A DNA stretch of 64,000 nucleotides from Thermoproteota archaeon (GTDB taxonomy: Archaea > Korarchaeota > Korarchaeia > Korarchaeales > Korarchaeaceae): positions 1 to 64,000 of the forward strand of contig JAOZFI010000043.1 of assembly GCA_027491395.1 (NCBI GenBank), read 5' to 3'. Made by a program: the position numbers and the translations under genes. Shown one piece after another: positions 18,406-28,484 of this stretch (position 1 is the stretch's first letter; each line of letters begins with the position of its first letter). The notes under the pieces were generated by a model that saw only the letters and a program-made list of their open reading frames with translations, made no database searches and was not told where the DNA came from.

Positions 18406-18647
18406 TTGCCCTTCCTCGGCGTCGATTTTACCCTCAGGAACAGTGCTCTGAGCGTGAGATACCACAGGTAGAGAGCTCCACCTAGAGCTAGGAAGCCAAC
18501 TACGACCTCTGTTAGGGCTATGAAGAGCCCCTTAGTCCCCAAAGTCGTGATCAGCACTTTAATCAAGAATAGTGACATCAAGATGAGTATCCATCCGGAT
18601 ATAACGCTATAGATGGCCAAGAGGAACCCCTTATCCACGATCTTCAC
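18384..18647 (-). CDS. Small two-TM membrane protein, unknown function
   Basis: GTG overlaps the upstream stop (GTGA); two hydrophobic helices; 3' end overlaps the tRNA antisense. Confidence 0.55.
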   Translation of the reverse strand: MKIVDKGFLLAIYSVISGWILILMSLFLIKVLITTLGTKGLFIALTEVVVGFLALGGALYLWYLTLRALFLRVKSTPRKGNGGPGGT

Positions 18648-19630
18648 CTCGGGGTGAGGAGGAAGAATGTAAGGCATGAAAGCAACCCTGAGATCAGTGA
18701 TATCACGACGACCTCCCTAACTATACGATGTTCAACTTTACCCTCATAACTCGTCAGTATGGCTATGAGGGAGATTGGTGCCTCTTTACTGGGATTCGCT
18801 CTTATGACCCCTCCTTCCACGATAACGGGCCGGACCCTTATATCCCTCCTCTCCAGCAATCCCCCTATCGAGGCCAGAATGGAGAAACCTGAAACCATGA
18901 ATGGGAGCAGCGACATAGCGAAGAAGGCCTCAGTGTTGGATATAGCCGCTACCGAGGCGAGAGCGGCCCCGACGAAGAGGGAATTGGAGTCACCACCAAA
19001 TACCCTAGCTGGATACCTGTTCCTTATGTAGTAGGGTATTAGGGATCCATACAGGGTGATGAGCGATAGCAGACCTGCGTGGCTGCCCAGTGCGATCAGT
19101 ACAGGCAATAAGGGCAGGGTAGAAGCGAAAACAGAGGAGGGCATCATCCCGTTGAGCGCATCCATCATGTTAACGCCATTGGAGAAAACAGTGAACATGG
19201 TGGCCAGCACGATCCAGTAGATGTAGTAAAGCCTCGCTCTACCCAGTATGGGCAAGTAGGGCCTAGGAACTATCTCTCCACTCACTGCTAATAGGAGGGC
19301 AGGCACGATCAGGAGTAGAGGTTTCGTCTTGGGACCTAGAGGGGAGAGATCATCAAGAAGTCCGATTAGGAAGGCCAACCCAGTTGAGGCGACAACCCCC
19401 TCAAGTGCTACGCTGCCAGCCAGATGCGATACGACCATCATAGATATAGCGAAGGACAAATAGACCGCGGGTCCCGCTGGCTCCGGGACCTTAGGTCTAC
19501 CCGGTTTGTGAACATCCTCTGAGACATATCCCCTGCTCACCAGTCTAGGGATCCAAGTCCGATGAAACAGCTCAGACGCGACGAGAGATAGCACCATCGC
19601 AAGTGCTGTTAGGGAGATCCAAGTTAGCAT
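18644..19630 (-). CDS. MraY/GPT-family polyprenyl-phosphate HexNAc-1-P transferase, paralogue 1
   Basis: DVHKP..VPE, GLLDD, NGVNMMDALNG, YPARVFGGD; multi-TM. Confidence 0.88.
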   Translation of the reverse strand: MLTWISLTALAMVLSLVASELFHRTWIPRLVSRGYVSEDVHKPGRPKVPEPAGPAVYLSFAISMMVVSHLAGSVALEGVVASTGLAFLIGLLDDLSPLGPKTKPLLLIVPALLLAVSGEIVPRPYLPILGRARLYYIYWIVLATMFTVFSNGVNMMDALNGMMPSSVFASTLPLLPVLIALGSHAGLLSLITLYGSLIPYYIRNRYPARVFGGDSNSLFVGAALASVAAISNTEAFFAMSLLPFMVSGFSILASIGGLLERRDIRVRPVIVEGGVIRANPSKEAPISLIAILTSYEGKVEHRIVREVVVISLISGLLSCLTFFLLTPR

Positions 19631-19668
19631 TTTTATCAATAGCCAACCCGTGAGCACCGGATAAAAAG

Positions 19669-20610
19669 ATGCTACCCGCTGATCCAGTCGTCAGCATCAT
19701 CGCCAGCTCATGTCTGATATTGTCAAGCTTTGCGGTCACCTACTTGCTCACCGGGGTTTGGGAGAAAATCTCTAGGAGGAGGAAACTCGTTTCGAAGGAT
19801 CTCCATAAACCTCGTGAACTGTGGGGAGTCAAAATAGGTGGATTACCAGCGGCATTCACCTTAATAGGGGTCTTGGCAGTGACCTCCCTGATCCCTTCAA
19901 TAGAAGCTTACCCTTTGATTACTGCTGCAGTCTTTTTTGCTTCAATGGGCCTTATAGACGACTTTATCGGCCTTAAAAATATGGAGAAGATCGTATTATC
20001 GGGGATACCTTTCCTCGTGTTCCACAGCTCACTGAAGCCATTCCCACCCTTCCACCAAGATCCACTCCTTCAAGTAGTTGCAGTTACCTTATTTGGAATC
20101 TATGTGACCAATGCCTTCAACACTCTGGCCGGATTCAACGGCCTCGAAGCAGGATCCTCCTTCATAATATACCTAGCGTTAGCGATCCTATTACTCGTAA
20201 GGGGTGATGCCTACGGGATTACCCTGCTGATCTCGGTGTCCATTATATTGGCCTTCCTCCCCTACAACTGGTATCCCGCCAAAGTGTTTCCTGGGAACAC
20301 TCTGACGTTCCTCTTAGGAGGATTCATAGGCTTCATTTCAGCTCAGAAGGGAGCTTACTGGCCTCTAATAATAATGACCATTCCTCACGGATTCGATTTC
20401 CTCCTAAAACTCATAAGTTGGGGGAGAACCGAGAAGAAGATCCCCACTAGGGTCGAACCTGATGGGACCCTGATCCCCCCACCGAACAAGTCTCTGGCAT
20501 GGTTTCTCATCAAAATAGGAGTTAACAAGGAGTATGAGCTGGTGAAAGCTATTCTCGGGATAGAGGCTGTGTTAGCTGCTCTCTCTGTCCTTATATACCT
20601 TCCAAGATAA
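19669..20610 (+). CDS. MraY/GPT-family transferase, paralogue 2
   Basis: DLHKP, GLIDD, NAFNTLAGFNGLEAG, YNWYPAKVFPGN. Confidence 0.88.
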   Translation: MLPADPVVSIIASSCLILSSFAVTYLLTGVWEKISRRRKLVSKDLHKPRELWGVKIGGLPAAFTLIGVLAVTSLIPSIEAYPLITAAVFFASMGLIDDFIGLKNMEKIVLSGIPFLVFHSSLKPFPPFHQDPLLQVVAVTLFGIYVTNAFNTLAGFNGLEAGSSFIIYLALAILLLVRGDAYGITLLISVSIILAFLPYNWYPAKVFPGNTLTFLLGGFIGFISAQKGAYWPLIIMTIPHGFDFLLKLISWGRTEKKIPTRVEPDGTLIPPPNKSLAWFLIKIGVNKEYELVKAILGIEAVLAALSVLIYLPR

Positions 20611-22110
20611 CCACAGTCTCTTATTCGCAAATGAATCATCGATCCTGCCAATGGCCGTGTTCTTGGGAGCGCTGAGCAACTCATCCGGATCACTCCTAGC
20701 CAGATCGGCGAGCTCGCCCATGGCATAAACATAGGCATCCAGCTCACTCAAGCTATCCGATTCCGTAGGCTCTATCATGAACGCTTCCTGAACAATGAGC
20801 GGGAAGTACATGGTCGGCGGATGCACCCCTCTATCCATCAACGCCTTGGCGAAGTCGAGCGCCCTGACCCCATACTCCCTCCTGAATCTGGACAGGGATA
20901 TGACGAACTCGTGCTTACACGGCCTGCCCTTTCCATAGGGAACCTCAAACCCCATGCCCATGAGCCTCTTCCTGACGTAGTTCGCGTTAAGAACGGCTAT
21001 TCCCGAGGAGAGCCTCACACCTTCGCTTCCCAGTAGCTTTAGATAACCCCACGCCTTCACGAGGACGCCTATATTTCCATGAAACATTCTGACCCTCCCT
21101 ATGCTCTTGGGGAGGTCGTAATCTAGGCGGTAGGTGCTACCCTCCTTTACTATTACAGGGACTGGTAGATAATCGGCTAGCTCCTCTATGACCCCGACAG
21201 CTCCAGCACCCGGGCCTCCCCCACCGTGAGGCGCGCTGAAGGTCTTATGTATGTTGAGATGGGCTAGATCGACTCCCATATCTGATAAGCGTACCCATCC
21301 CATTATCGCGTTCAGGTTAGCTCCATCGTAGTAGAGGTAGCTGCCATTAGAGTGTAGGAGATCCGCTATCTCCAGTATATCACTCTCGAATATACCTAGT
21401 GTGTTGGGGTTGGTTATCATCATCCCAGCAGTTCTCTCGCTTATAGCCGCTCTCAATGCCCCCATGTCCACAGTACCTTCCTCAGAGGGCGGAATCCTGA
21501 CCACCTTGAATCCGGCCATTGCCGCACTGGCGAAGTTGGATCCATGGGCAGATTCCGGGATGAGGATTTCATCTCTCCTTTCCCCTAGGTCAAGAAACCT
21601 CTTTCTTATGATCAGAGCCCCGACTAGCTCGCCGTGAGCTCCCGCCGCTGGCTGTAGAGTGAACTTGGACAATCCCGTTATGGAAGAGAGCATCTCCTGA
21701 AGCTCGTAGAGTACCTCCAGTATTCCCTGAACAGTCTCCTCGGGGGCATAGGGGTGTGCGTTCCTGAGGGATGGATGGGACTCCAGCTTCATCGCGACTT
21801 TTGGCGTGTACTTCATCGTACACGAGCCCAACCAGTACGGGCCGCTATCGACCCCGTAATTCATCTGGGCTAGATGACTGTAGTGCCTGGCCACCTCTGG
21901 CTCGGTCAGTCCAGGCAATCCTATAGTTCCTCTCTGGAGATCTCGGGGAATCAGGTCCTCCAGCTCCCCCACTTCCCTCCGTAACTCGTCCTCCACTCTA
22001 GCGACTACGACACCTCCCTTTCCAATTTCCCCTAGCTCGAATACGGTGGGTTCTAGAATCCCCTCGCTGAGCTGCCACTTGGCCTGCACGTATCTCCTGT
22101 TCATGAGCAT
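20572..22110 (-). CDS. gcvPB: Glycine dehydrogenase subunit 2
   Basis: LGSCTMKY, QPAAGAHGE, HLNIHKTFSAPHGGGGPG (PLP Lys). Confidence 0.97.
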   Translation of the reverse strand: MLMNRRYVQAKWQLSEGILEPTVFELGEIGKGGVVVARVEDELRREVGELEDLIPRDLQRGTIGLPGLTEPEVARHYSHLAQMNYGVDSGPYWLGSCTMKYTPKVAMKLESHPSLRNAHPYAPEETVQGILEVLYELQEMLSSITGLSKFTLQPAAGAHGELVGALIIRKRFLDLGERRDEILIPESAHGSNFASAAMAGFKVVRIPPSEEGTVDMGALRAAISERTAGMMITNPNTLGIFESDILEIADLLHSNGSYLYYDGANLNAIMGWVRLSDMGVDLAHLNIHKTFSAPHGGGGPGAGAVGVIEELADYLPVPVIVKEGSTYRLDYDLPKSIGRVRMFHGNIGVLVKAWGYLKLLGSEGVRLSSGIAVLNANYVRKRLMGMGFEVPYGKGRPCKHEFVISLSRFRREYGVRALDFAKALMDRGVHPPTMYFPLIVQEAFMIEPTESDSLSELDAYVYAMGELADLARSDPDELLSAPKNTAIGRIDDSFANKRLWLSWKVYKDRESS

Positions 22111-23483
22111 ACCTCCCCCATGAGTCTCAAGAGTAGATCTAAGTCAGCAAGCCGATGTTTCTCTGTTGTAGAGAGCAGACCCAGTTTTCCAGTCGAATCA
22201 GCTTCCGGGAACAGCTTGGATACTTGAAAGGCCCCTAAGATCCCGTTCCTCAACAACCAGCTGTTCACTTCACTCCAAGGTATTTCAGACATGGCGGGAA
22301 TCTCCTTGAAATGAAGAGAGTCCTCGAACAGGACGCTGAAGCATAGAAGGTCGCTCAGCTTCCTCTTGAGGTACTCCGTATTGTATAGGATCTTCTCGGC
22401 GACAGATCTTATACCATCAGGCCCCAGCAATGCCAGATAGATAGCTGCTCTCACTGCCATCAACGAGGAGTTGGTGGTTATGTTCGAAGTGGCCTCCTCC
22501 TGCCTGATATGCTGCTCCCTCGTCTGCAGAACCATGGTATAACCGCGGTACTTTCCATCAACGGTCTTAGTAATCCCTATCAATCTTCCAGGAAGCTGTC
22601 TGATGTGCCTGAAGCTCTTCCTTACCGCGAATATTCCCAATGATGGACCTCCATAATTCATGTATCCGCCCAAGTGCTGCCCTTCTCCAATCACTACGTC
22701 CGCTCCTAGCTCTCCAGGTGGCTTAACTATACCAGCCAGCAGGGGATCGGTTCCAACGACGAGAAGTGCCCCTTTAGAATGGGCCATATCAGCTACATCC
22801 TCAATTTTCCTCTCAACAACTCCGAAGAAATTTGGGGTCTCCAGATACACCATACCAACGTCCTCATCCATATTAGCCGATAATTCATCAAGAGAGATCT
22901 CTCCACTAGCCTCTCGGTTGATCTCAACTATTCGGACATCGAGGGGTTCCATGTAGGTCTTCAATACAGCCTTCCTCTCCGGATGGGTGGTAGTCGCGAG
23001 CAGAATCTTCTTCCTCTTGGTGACCCTAACGGAGAACCTCCCAGCCTCGCCCAATGCGGAGGCGTAGTCATAAAGGGAGGCATTCACCACATCCATGCCC
23101 AACAGCTCCGCCATGAGCGACTGGTATTCAAAGAGAGCCTGTAGGATCCCCTGAGATATCTCGGGCTGATAGGGTGTATACGAGGAGTAGAACTCTTGAT
23201 TGGTCACTAATTCGTCCACCAAGGGAGGCACGTAGTGATCAGCTAACCCTCCTCCCATGAAGCTCAGTTTTACGGTTACATTCTTCTCCAGCTTTTCAGA
23301 GTAAAGAGCTTCCAATTCAGACTGTGTTAGAGGTCTCCCGATTCCGGCAGGCTCGTTCATTAAGATGGAGCCGGGAACATCGGAAAACAGATCCTCTAAC
23401 TTATTAATGCCCAGATAATTCAGCATCCTAGAGATAATGGGGCCCGAAGCATTGGGTATCAAGCCCTCTGCAGGCATCGGCAT
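22101..23483 (-). CDS. gcvPA: Glycine dehydrogenase subunit 1
   Basis: YTPYQPEISQGILQALFEYQS, LQTREQHIR..ATSNI. Confidence 0.97.
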   Translation of the reverse strand: MPMPAEGLIPNASGPIISRMLNYLGINKLEDLFSDVPGSILMNEPAGIGRPLTQSELEALYSEKLEKNVTVKLSFMGGGLADHYVPPLVDELVTNQEFYSSYTPYQPEISQGILQALFEYQSLMAELLGMDVVNASLYDYASALGEAGRFSVRVTKRKKILLATTTHPERKAVLKTYMEPLDVRIVEINREASGEISLDELSANMDEDVGMVYLETPNFFGVVERKIEDVADMAHSKGALLVVGTDPLLAGIVKPPGELGADVVIGEGQHLGGYMNYGGPSLGIFAVRKSFRHIRQLPGRLIGITKTVDGKYRGYTMVLQTREQHIRQEEATSNITTNSSLMAVRAAIYLALLGPDGIRSVAEKILYNTEYLKRKLSDLLCFSVLFEDSLHFKEIPAMSEIPWSEVNSWLLRNGILGAFQVSKLFPEADSTGKLGLLSTTEKHRLADLDLLLRLMGEVCS

Positions 23484-23825
23484 CAGATATTATACCACTC
23501 AGATTATCTTAACACTATGGCACTTCCATGTCACAAGCGCGGAGTGGAAATGATAGTGATCATACCACAAGTTGCGAGTCATACCCTCTAGGTAATCTAA
23601 GTAGAAAGTCAATTTTAAGATGTGCCGAGCCATCTTCCTTCAATTTGCGCTACATTACTTGTTCGCGGTCCTGCTCTCGGAAAACATTGATTTGTTACTC
23701 TGAAAAGTGACATTACTATATAAAGGATTTATCAAAGAAATATTAACAATACTATTACCGTATACTATTCACCTAACTCAACCATACCTTAAGGTCACGT
23801 ATATTTCATTGATCTCGGTGGTATC

Positions 23826-23987
23826 ATGGTAGTAGTATCGTTCCATATACCTCACTCCCTTATGAGAGAACTGGAGAAACTGGTCCAAGAAGTCGGTTTC
23901 ACGAGCAAGAGCGAGGCCATAAGGGAGGCTATAAGACTCCTCATAAGGGAGTATAAGAGAAGGAACGCTGGAGGTGTGGCTTTCTGA
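23826..23987 (+). CDS. cdrS: Ribbon-helix-helix regulator, CdrS-like (not in ORF track)
   Basis: Manual translation MVVVSFHIPHSLMRELEKLVQEVGFTSKSEAIREAIRLLIREYKRRNAGGVAF; TGATG overlap with ftsZ2. Confidence 0.85.
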   Translation: MVVVSFHIPHSLMRELEKLVQEVGFTSKSEAIREAIRLLIREYKRRNAGGVAF

Positions 23988-25213
23988 TGTTTGAGGGGAT
24001 GCAAGAGACCGGATCTCCCCAAGGAAGGGAGATGGTGGATCTCTTCAGGAGGATCTTTAATGGTCCAACCGACGATGAGTCCGGCATGCCGATGATGGAC
24101 GCCGCGAGGGCTATCGACTCCTTAGACACCCCGGTGAAGAGTGAGGACTACTCCGCCGGCAACATAGTCATAGTAGGGGTGGGAGGATGCGGCTCCAATA
24201 CCGTTCACAACCTGAATAAGTTGGGCGTCGAGGGAGTCAGACTCGTCGCTATAAACACAGACAAGGTACATTTGGATGGTGTAGAGGCTCCCCATAAGAT
24301 ACTTATAGGGGAAAACATAACCAACGGTCTGGGCGCAGGCGGAAGGCCGGAGGTGGCGAGAGCCTGCGCAGAGCAAGATTCCCACAAGATCTCGGATGCC
24401 TTGGGAAGCAGACCGGATTTGGTCTTCATAGCGGCGGGTATGGGAGGTGGAACCGGAACCGGTGCCGCCCCTATAGTAGCGAAGATAGCTAAGGACAAGG
24501 GGGCTAAGGTGATAGGATTCGTAACACTCCCCTTCAAGACCGAGGGGAGGCATAAATACAAGATAGCCCAAGAGGGAATAAGACAGCTTAGAAAATGGGC
24601 TGATACAGTCGTACTCATATCTAATGACAAGCTCCTGCATCTGGCTGGTGAGCTCCCGATAGATAAGGCCTTCGTAATGGCCGACTATACCCTCGCTATA
24701 ATGGTGAAGGGAATAGCCGAGATCATCAGGAAGAGGACCATGGTGAATGTGGATCTCAACGACATAAGGACGCTCATGTCCGCTGGAGGAGTGGCGGCTG
24801 TGGGGATAGGGGAATCCAGTGATCCTAAGAGGAGGGCAGAGGAGGCTGTCAAGATGGCCCTTAGGAACCAGCTGATAGAGATCTCCCCAGACGGGGCCAA
24901 GGGAGCCCTGGTAGTCGTATACGGAGGGAAGAACCTCAAACTCACTGAGGTCCACCAGATAACGGAGATAGTGGCATCTAGGATGTCCAGCGATGCCATA
25001 ATAAAGATAGGGGCCGATATGGACGAGCAGCTTGGGGACAGCGTGAGGGTGATACTCCTGCTGACGGGTATAAAGTCCCCCGATGTCCTTGGACCGGAGA
25101 GGATAGGGCAGATACAGCCCGTTATTAGCACTGGTATAACGGCAATGGACGGACAGTACGATCCTGTGAGCGTGATAGAGGATGCCTTAGGCAGAGCCTA
25201 CGTGCTCTATTGA
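23987..25213 (+). CDS. ftsZ2: Cell division protein FtsZ2
   Basis: GVGGCGSN, INTDKVHL, GGGTGTG, NVDLND; preceded by an RHH gene. Confidence 0.9.
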   Translation: MFEGMQETGSPQGREMVDLFRRIFNGPTDDESGMPMMDAARAIDSLDTPVKSEDYSAGNIVIVGVGGCGSNTVHNLNKLGVEGVRLVAINTDKVHLDGVEAPHKILIGENITNGLGAGGRPEVARACAEQDSHKISDALGSRPDLVFIAAGMGGGTGTGAAPIVAKIAKDKGAKVIGFVTLPFKTEGRHKYKIAQEGIRQLRKWADTVVLISNDKLLHLAGELPIDKAFVMADYTLAIMVKGIAEIIRKRTMVNVDLNDIRTLMSAGGVAAVGIGESSDPKRRAEEAVKMALRNQLIEISPDGAKGALVVVYGGKNLKLTEVHQITEIVASRMSSDAIIKIGADMDEQLGDSVRVILLLTGIKSPDVLGPERIGQIQPVISTGITAMDGQYDPVSVIEDALGRAYVLY

Positions 25214-26343
25214 GTCAACCTCACTCTAACTATTTTCTCCTCCCTATAACCTATTATCACCCTGATATATCTAGGGACATTCTCGAGGGGCTCGTCCACA
25301 TCTACTAGCAGCTCCTCTATGTCCCTGATTTTAGAGGGAGTAGAAACTATCAGGACACCCTCCCCCCAGTCGGCTCTCCTTATGGCGGGTATGAGCTGGT
25401 GATTCCCCCTCCCAAGGAGGAAAGAGGTTCCCCCTATTGGGGTTAGAATAACTAACGGCCTGTCCCGGGAACCCCCGATGATGGATTCCATCTCAAAGTA
25501 ATCTACATCCTCCAAGTACTTCCCTCCTACTATCACATCTACAGTTGAAGGGTTCTTCTCGTAGCCCATCTTGGCGGCTATAAAGCTCACAGTCCTACCT
25601 TGGCCTAGAACGATCAGTCTTTTCGCTTCCAATCTGCTTCTGATGTATCTATAAATCCCCTCGAGCACTACCTCATCTGGAGCCTCCATACTCTTGCTGC
25701 CCTGCACTAAATGTGAGCAGGGTACTCTCAACGTACCGATAACCTTGGGGGAGAAGGAGCCACTCCTGTAGTCTTCCTCCGGTATATCAACGACCTCTCC
25801 TACGGTTTCATCCAATCTTCCCTCTAAATAATCCCTCGCTACTCTTCCAGCATCCTCCGGAGTCTTTGCGAAAACGGACGAGAATACCTTGACACCTGAA
25901 GGTATACCCAAGACCACCAACCTGTGGTTCACAGCCCTCAACACATCTGCTGCCGTTCCGTCTCCACCTGAGAATAAGAGAAGGTCAACGCCCTTCCTAA
26001 AGATCTCCTCAGATGCCCTCAGTGTATCCTCCCTCGTGCTGGGACTGGAGGGCGTGTACTCCAGAGGGACGAACTTAGGTCCCAGACCAGCGGAAATAAC
26101 AGAAATTTCGCCCATCTCCCCCCTTGGAGCGTATACAATCACGTCGATACCCCTGAGGAACTTCAAAGCCCTAGTAGCCCTCTCTAAAGAGATCTTCTTG
26201 AGTCCCCTCCTTAGTGCCTCAGCAACCGTCTTATGATCATCTGTGCCCTTCCTACCGAGAGGACCACCGAGCCCGGCTATGGGGTTTACTATTAACCCAA
26301 TTTTGCGCCTTTTCTTGTATATATTACTCACCCACAATCTCAA
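25207..26343 (-). CDS. ATP-NAD kinase family protein
   Basis: GLIVNPIAGLGG..KGTD, GGDGTA.D, GIPSGVKVFS, GRGNHQ; start uncertain. Confidence 0.85.
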   Translation of the reverse strand: MRLWVSNIYKKRRKIGLIVNPIAGLGGPLGRKGTDDHKTVAEALRRGLKKISLERATRALKFLRGIDVIVYAPRGEMGEISVISAGLGPKFVPLEYTPSSPSTREDTLRASEEIFRKGVDLLLFSGGDGTAADVLRAVNHRLVVLGIPSGVKVFSSVFAKTPEDAGRVARDYLEGRLDETVGEVVDIPEEDYRSGSFSPKVIGTLRVPCSHLVQGSKSMEAPDEVVLEGIYRYIRSRLEAKRLIVLGQGRTVSFIAAKMGYEKNPSTVDVIVGGKYLEDVDYFEMESIIGGSRDRPLVILTPIGGTSFLLGRGNHQLIPAIRRADWGEGVLIVSTPSKIRDIEELLVDVDEPLENVPRYIRVIIGYREEKIVRVRLTQ

Positions 26344-26344
26344 G

Positions 26345-28099
26345 GTGTGCGAGGGAATTGAAAGGCATTTTCCCTTTGATGAGTTCAGGCCGGGACAGAG
26401 GGAGCTCTTGGCTTACCTGTGTCATTCGTTGAGTGGAAGGGGTCTAGCACTCATAGAAGCTCCGAACGGGATAGGTAAGACGGCCACTGTCCTTACCGCC
26501 ATGGAATACCTCTCACAAGAAATTGGAGCTACATTCTTGTATCTCGTCAGGACCCACAGCCAGATAGATCGTGTGTTAGATGAATGTAGAAGGTTTAGCA
26601 TGATCAGGGTAGCTGCCTTGAGGGGTAAGAGGGAGTTGTGTTTGAACTGGAGGGCCAACCGCATCGCAAACTACCACCTCTTCAATAAGAGATGCGATGA
26701 ACTCAGAGAGGAAGGAAAGTGCCCCTATTTCGCCAGAAACAGCCAGAGAAATATGGAGAGGTGTTTTGATCCCCTAAATTTGGGCGGAAACGGATGTCCT
26801 TATTACGGATCCCTCAGGACCATAGCTAAGGGGAATTACGATGTGGTAGTCGCGTCGTATGCATATATCATGGATGAAGACTTGCTGAAGTTCGTGGAGG
26901 GAACTCTCGGAGGCAGAAGATCGATCCTAATAGACGAAGGCCACAACCTGAAGAAAGCGTGGCTGTCTAACCATTTTATCACAATAGAGCGGGACCTACT
27001 CAGCCCGATATCACACCACTGCTGGAAGATTAGAGATTTACTATCATACTTTAAGAGGTCGAGGCTGAGCTACGTAGCTCTTCCCAAGAGGTATCTAGCT
27101 GCCTCCTTGGTCTGTGAGGGAACCGTCCCTAAAGAGGTTAGAGAGACCCTGATATGGCTGAGAGGCGAAGTTATAGAAGCAGAAAAGGTCTTTCTATCTG
27201 GCGAGGGACTCCTTCTACTCAGGAGACCCAAGAGCACCCTAGAGGAGATCTTCAGCAAGTACGAATCGGTCGTTCTAATATCAGGGACATGGGGTGAGAG
27301 CGAGTCTAGGGGAGAATTCTTAGTGGATGCTAACTACAGAAGGGTGTCCTTGCCGAGATGGGGCCGTCTAGAGGCGTACATAACGAGAGACTTCACCACG
27401 AGATTCGAGGAGAGAAGCAGCTATGAGTATTACAGGCTAGCTACTGCTCTAGCGGACTTGTCTCACAGAGTATTCGGGAATATAGGAGTGTTCGCTTCCT
27501 CATATGACATCTTACAGGGACTGCTTGATGCTGGCCTAGAGGAGCTCGTTGAGAGACCTATCTTCGTTGAGAGAAAGGGAATGCGGGAGACAGAGAGGGC
27601 TTATCTCATCGAGAGATACAAGAGGTCTTGGAGAGAGAGGGCAATACTTCTAGGGGTTCAGGGGGGAAGGAACAGCGAGGGTGAGGATTTTCCAGGACCA
27701 TACATGTCCACATCCGTGATTGTGGGAATGCAGTTCATGAAACCCGGTATCGTCAGATCCCTCACACTCTCTTTATGGAGAAGGTATTCGAGACTCGACA
27801 ATCCCGAGCTTCTAATAGCGTGTAGATCCGCGGCGCAAGCGGCAGCTAGACCTGTAAGGTCGTCCGACGATCTAGGATTTGTGGTGTTCGCGGATGATAG
27901 ATTCAAGCTATGTCTGAACCTGTTCCCTGGATGGCTCAGGGGGATGACCAAGGTTGCATCCCTCGAAGATGTACCTCAGTTAGCCGATGAGTTCTTTAGC
28001 TCGAACGGATACTTACTCGAAGATGCAAGGGTGCCCCTCGATGGAGTTAATAGCAGCACCATCCCACTTGAAGGGAGGCCTCTTGAGAAGGGATATTGA
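26345..28099 (+). CDS. XPD/Rad3/DinG-family Fe-S helicase
   Basis: FRPGQ Q-motif, EAPNGIGKT, four Fe-S Cys, DEGHN, SEGEDF, QAAARPVRS. Confidence 0.9.
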   Translation: MCEGIERHFPFDEFRPGQRELLAYLCHSLSGRGLALIEAPNGIGKTATVLTAMEYLSQEIGATFLYLVRTHSQIDRVLDECRRFSMIRVAALRGKRELCLNWRANRIANYHLFNKRCDELREEGKCPYFARNSQRNMERCFDPLNLGGNGCPYYGSLRTIAKGNYDVVVASYAYIMDEDLLKFVEGTLGGRRSILIDEGHNLKKAWLSNHFITIERDLLSPISHHCWKIRDLLSYFKRSRLSYVALPKRYLAASLVCEGTVPKEVRETLIWLRGEVIEAEKVFLSGEGLLLLRRPKSTLEEIFSKYESVVLISGTWGESESRGEFLVDANYRRVSLPRWGRLEAYITRDFTTRFEERSSYEYYRLATALADLSHRVFGNIGVFASSYDILQGLLDAGLEELVERPIFVERKGMRETERAYLIERYKRSWRERAILLGVQGGRNSEGEDFPGPYMSTSVIVGMQFMKPGIVRSLTLSLWRRYSRLDNPELLIACRSAAQAAARPVRSSDDLGFVVFADDRFKLCLNLFPGWLRGMTKVASLEDVPQLADEFFSSNGYLLEDARVPLDGVNSSTIPLEGRPLEKGY

Positions 28100-28481
28100 G
28101 GAATCTCTAAGAGTGGGTTCAAAAGTAGCCTTAGTATCCTTCGAGAGTTACACACTCCGAACGCTCGGAGAGATCTTCAGACGGGAGAGAAACCTCCTGC
28201 TAATAGATGCTACCCTATCGGGGGGAATATATCCACTCCTAATGCTTGCTCACCTGCTTGGAAGATACGATGGATTCATTGACGAGGTATACGGACCTTA
28301 CGCTGTGTCTTTAAGCCTCTCTAATGAGTTCGGTGGTATTAGAAGGAAATTTTTGATAGCCATGAATCTACTGAGGTTCCTCGAGAGACAAATTCCCTCC
28401 CGTGTGAGGGCTTATACATCGTTTACTCAGTTTAACGCCCATTTCATGAGAGTCTTCGATAAAGTGACCTTCGTTAGGTGA
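28041..28481 (+). CDS. Hypothetical protein, probable degenerate RecA/KaiC-fold
   Basis: LIAAPSHLKGG..GSKVALVSFES..GFIDEV..FDKVTFV follows the RecA core order, with no Walker A Lys-Thr. Confidence 0.55.
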   Translation: MELIAAPSHLKGGLLRRDIEESLRVGSKVALVSFESYTLRTLGEIFRRERNLLLIDATLSGGIYPLLMLAHLLGRYDGFIDEVYGPYAVSLSLSNEFGGIRRKFLIAMNLLRFLERQIPSRVRAYTSFTQFNAHFMRVFDKVTFVR

Positions 28482-28484
28482 TAA

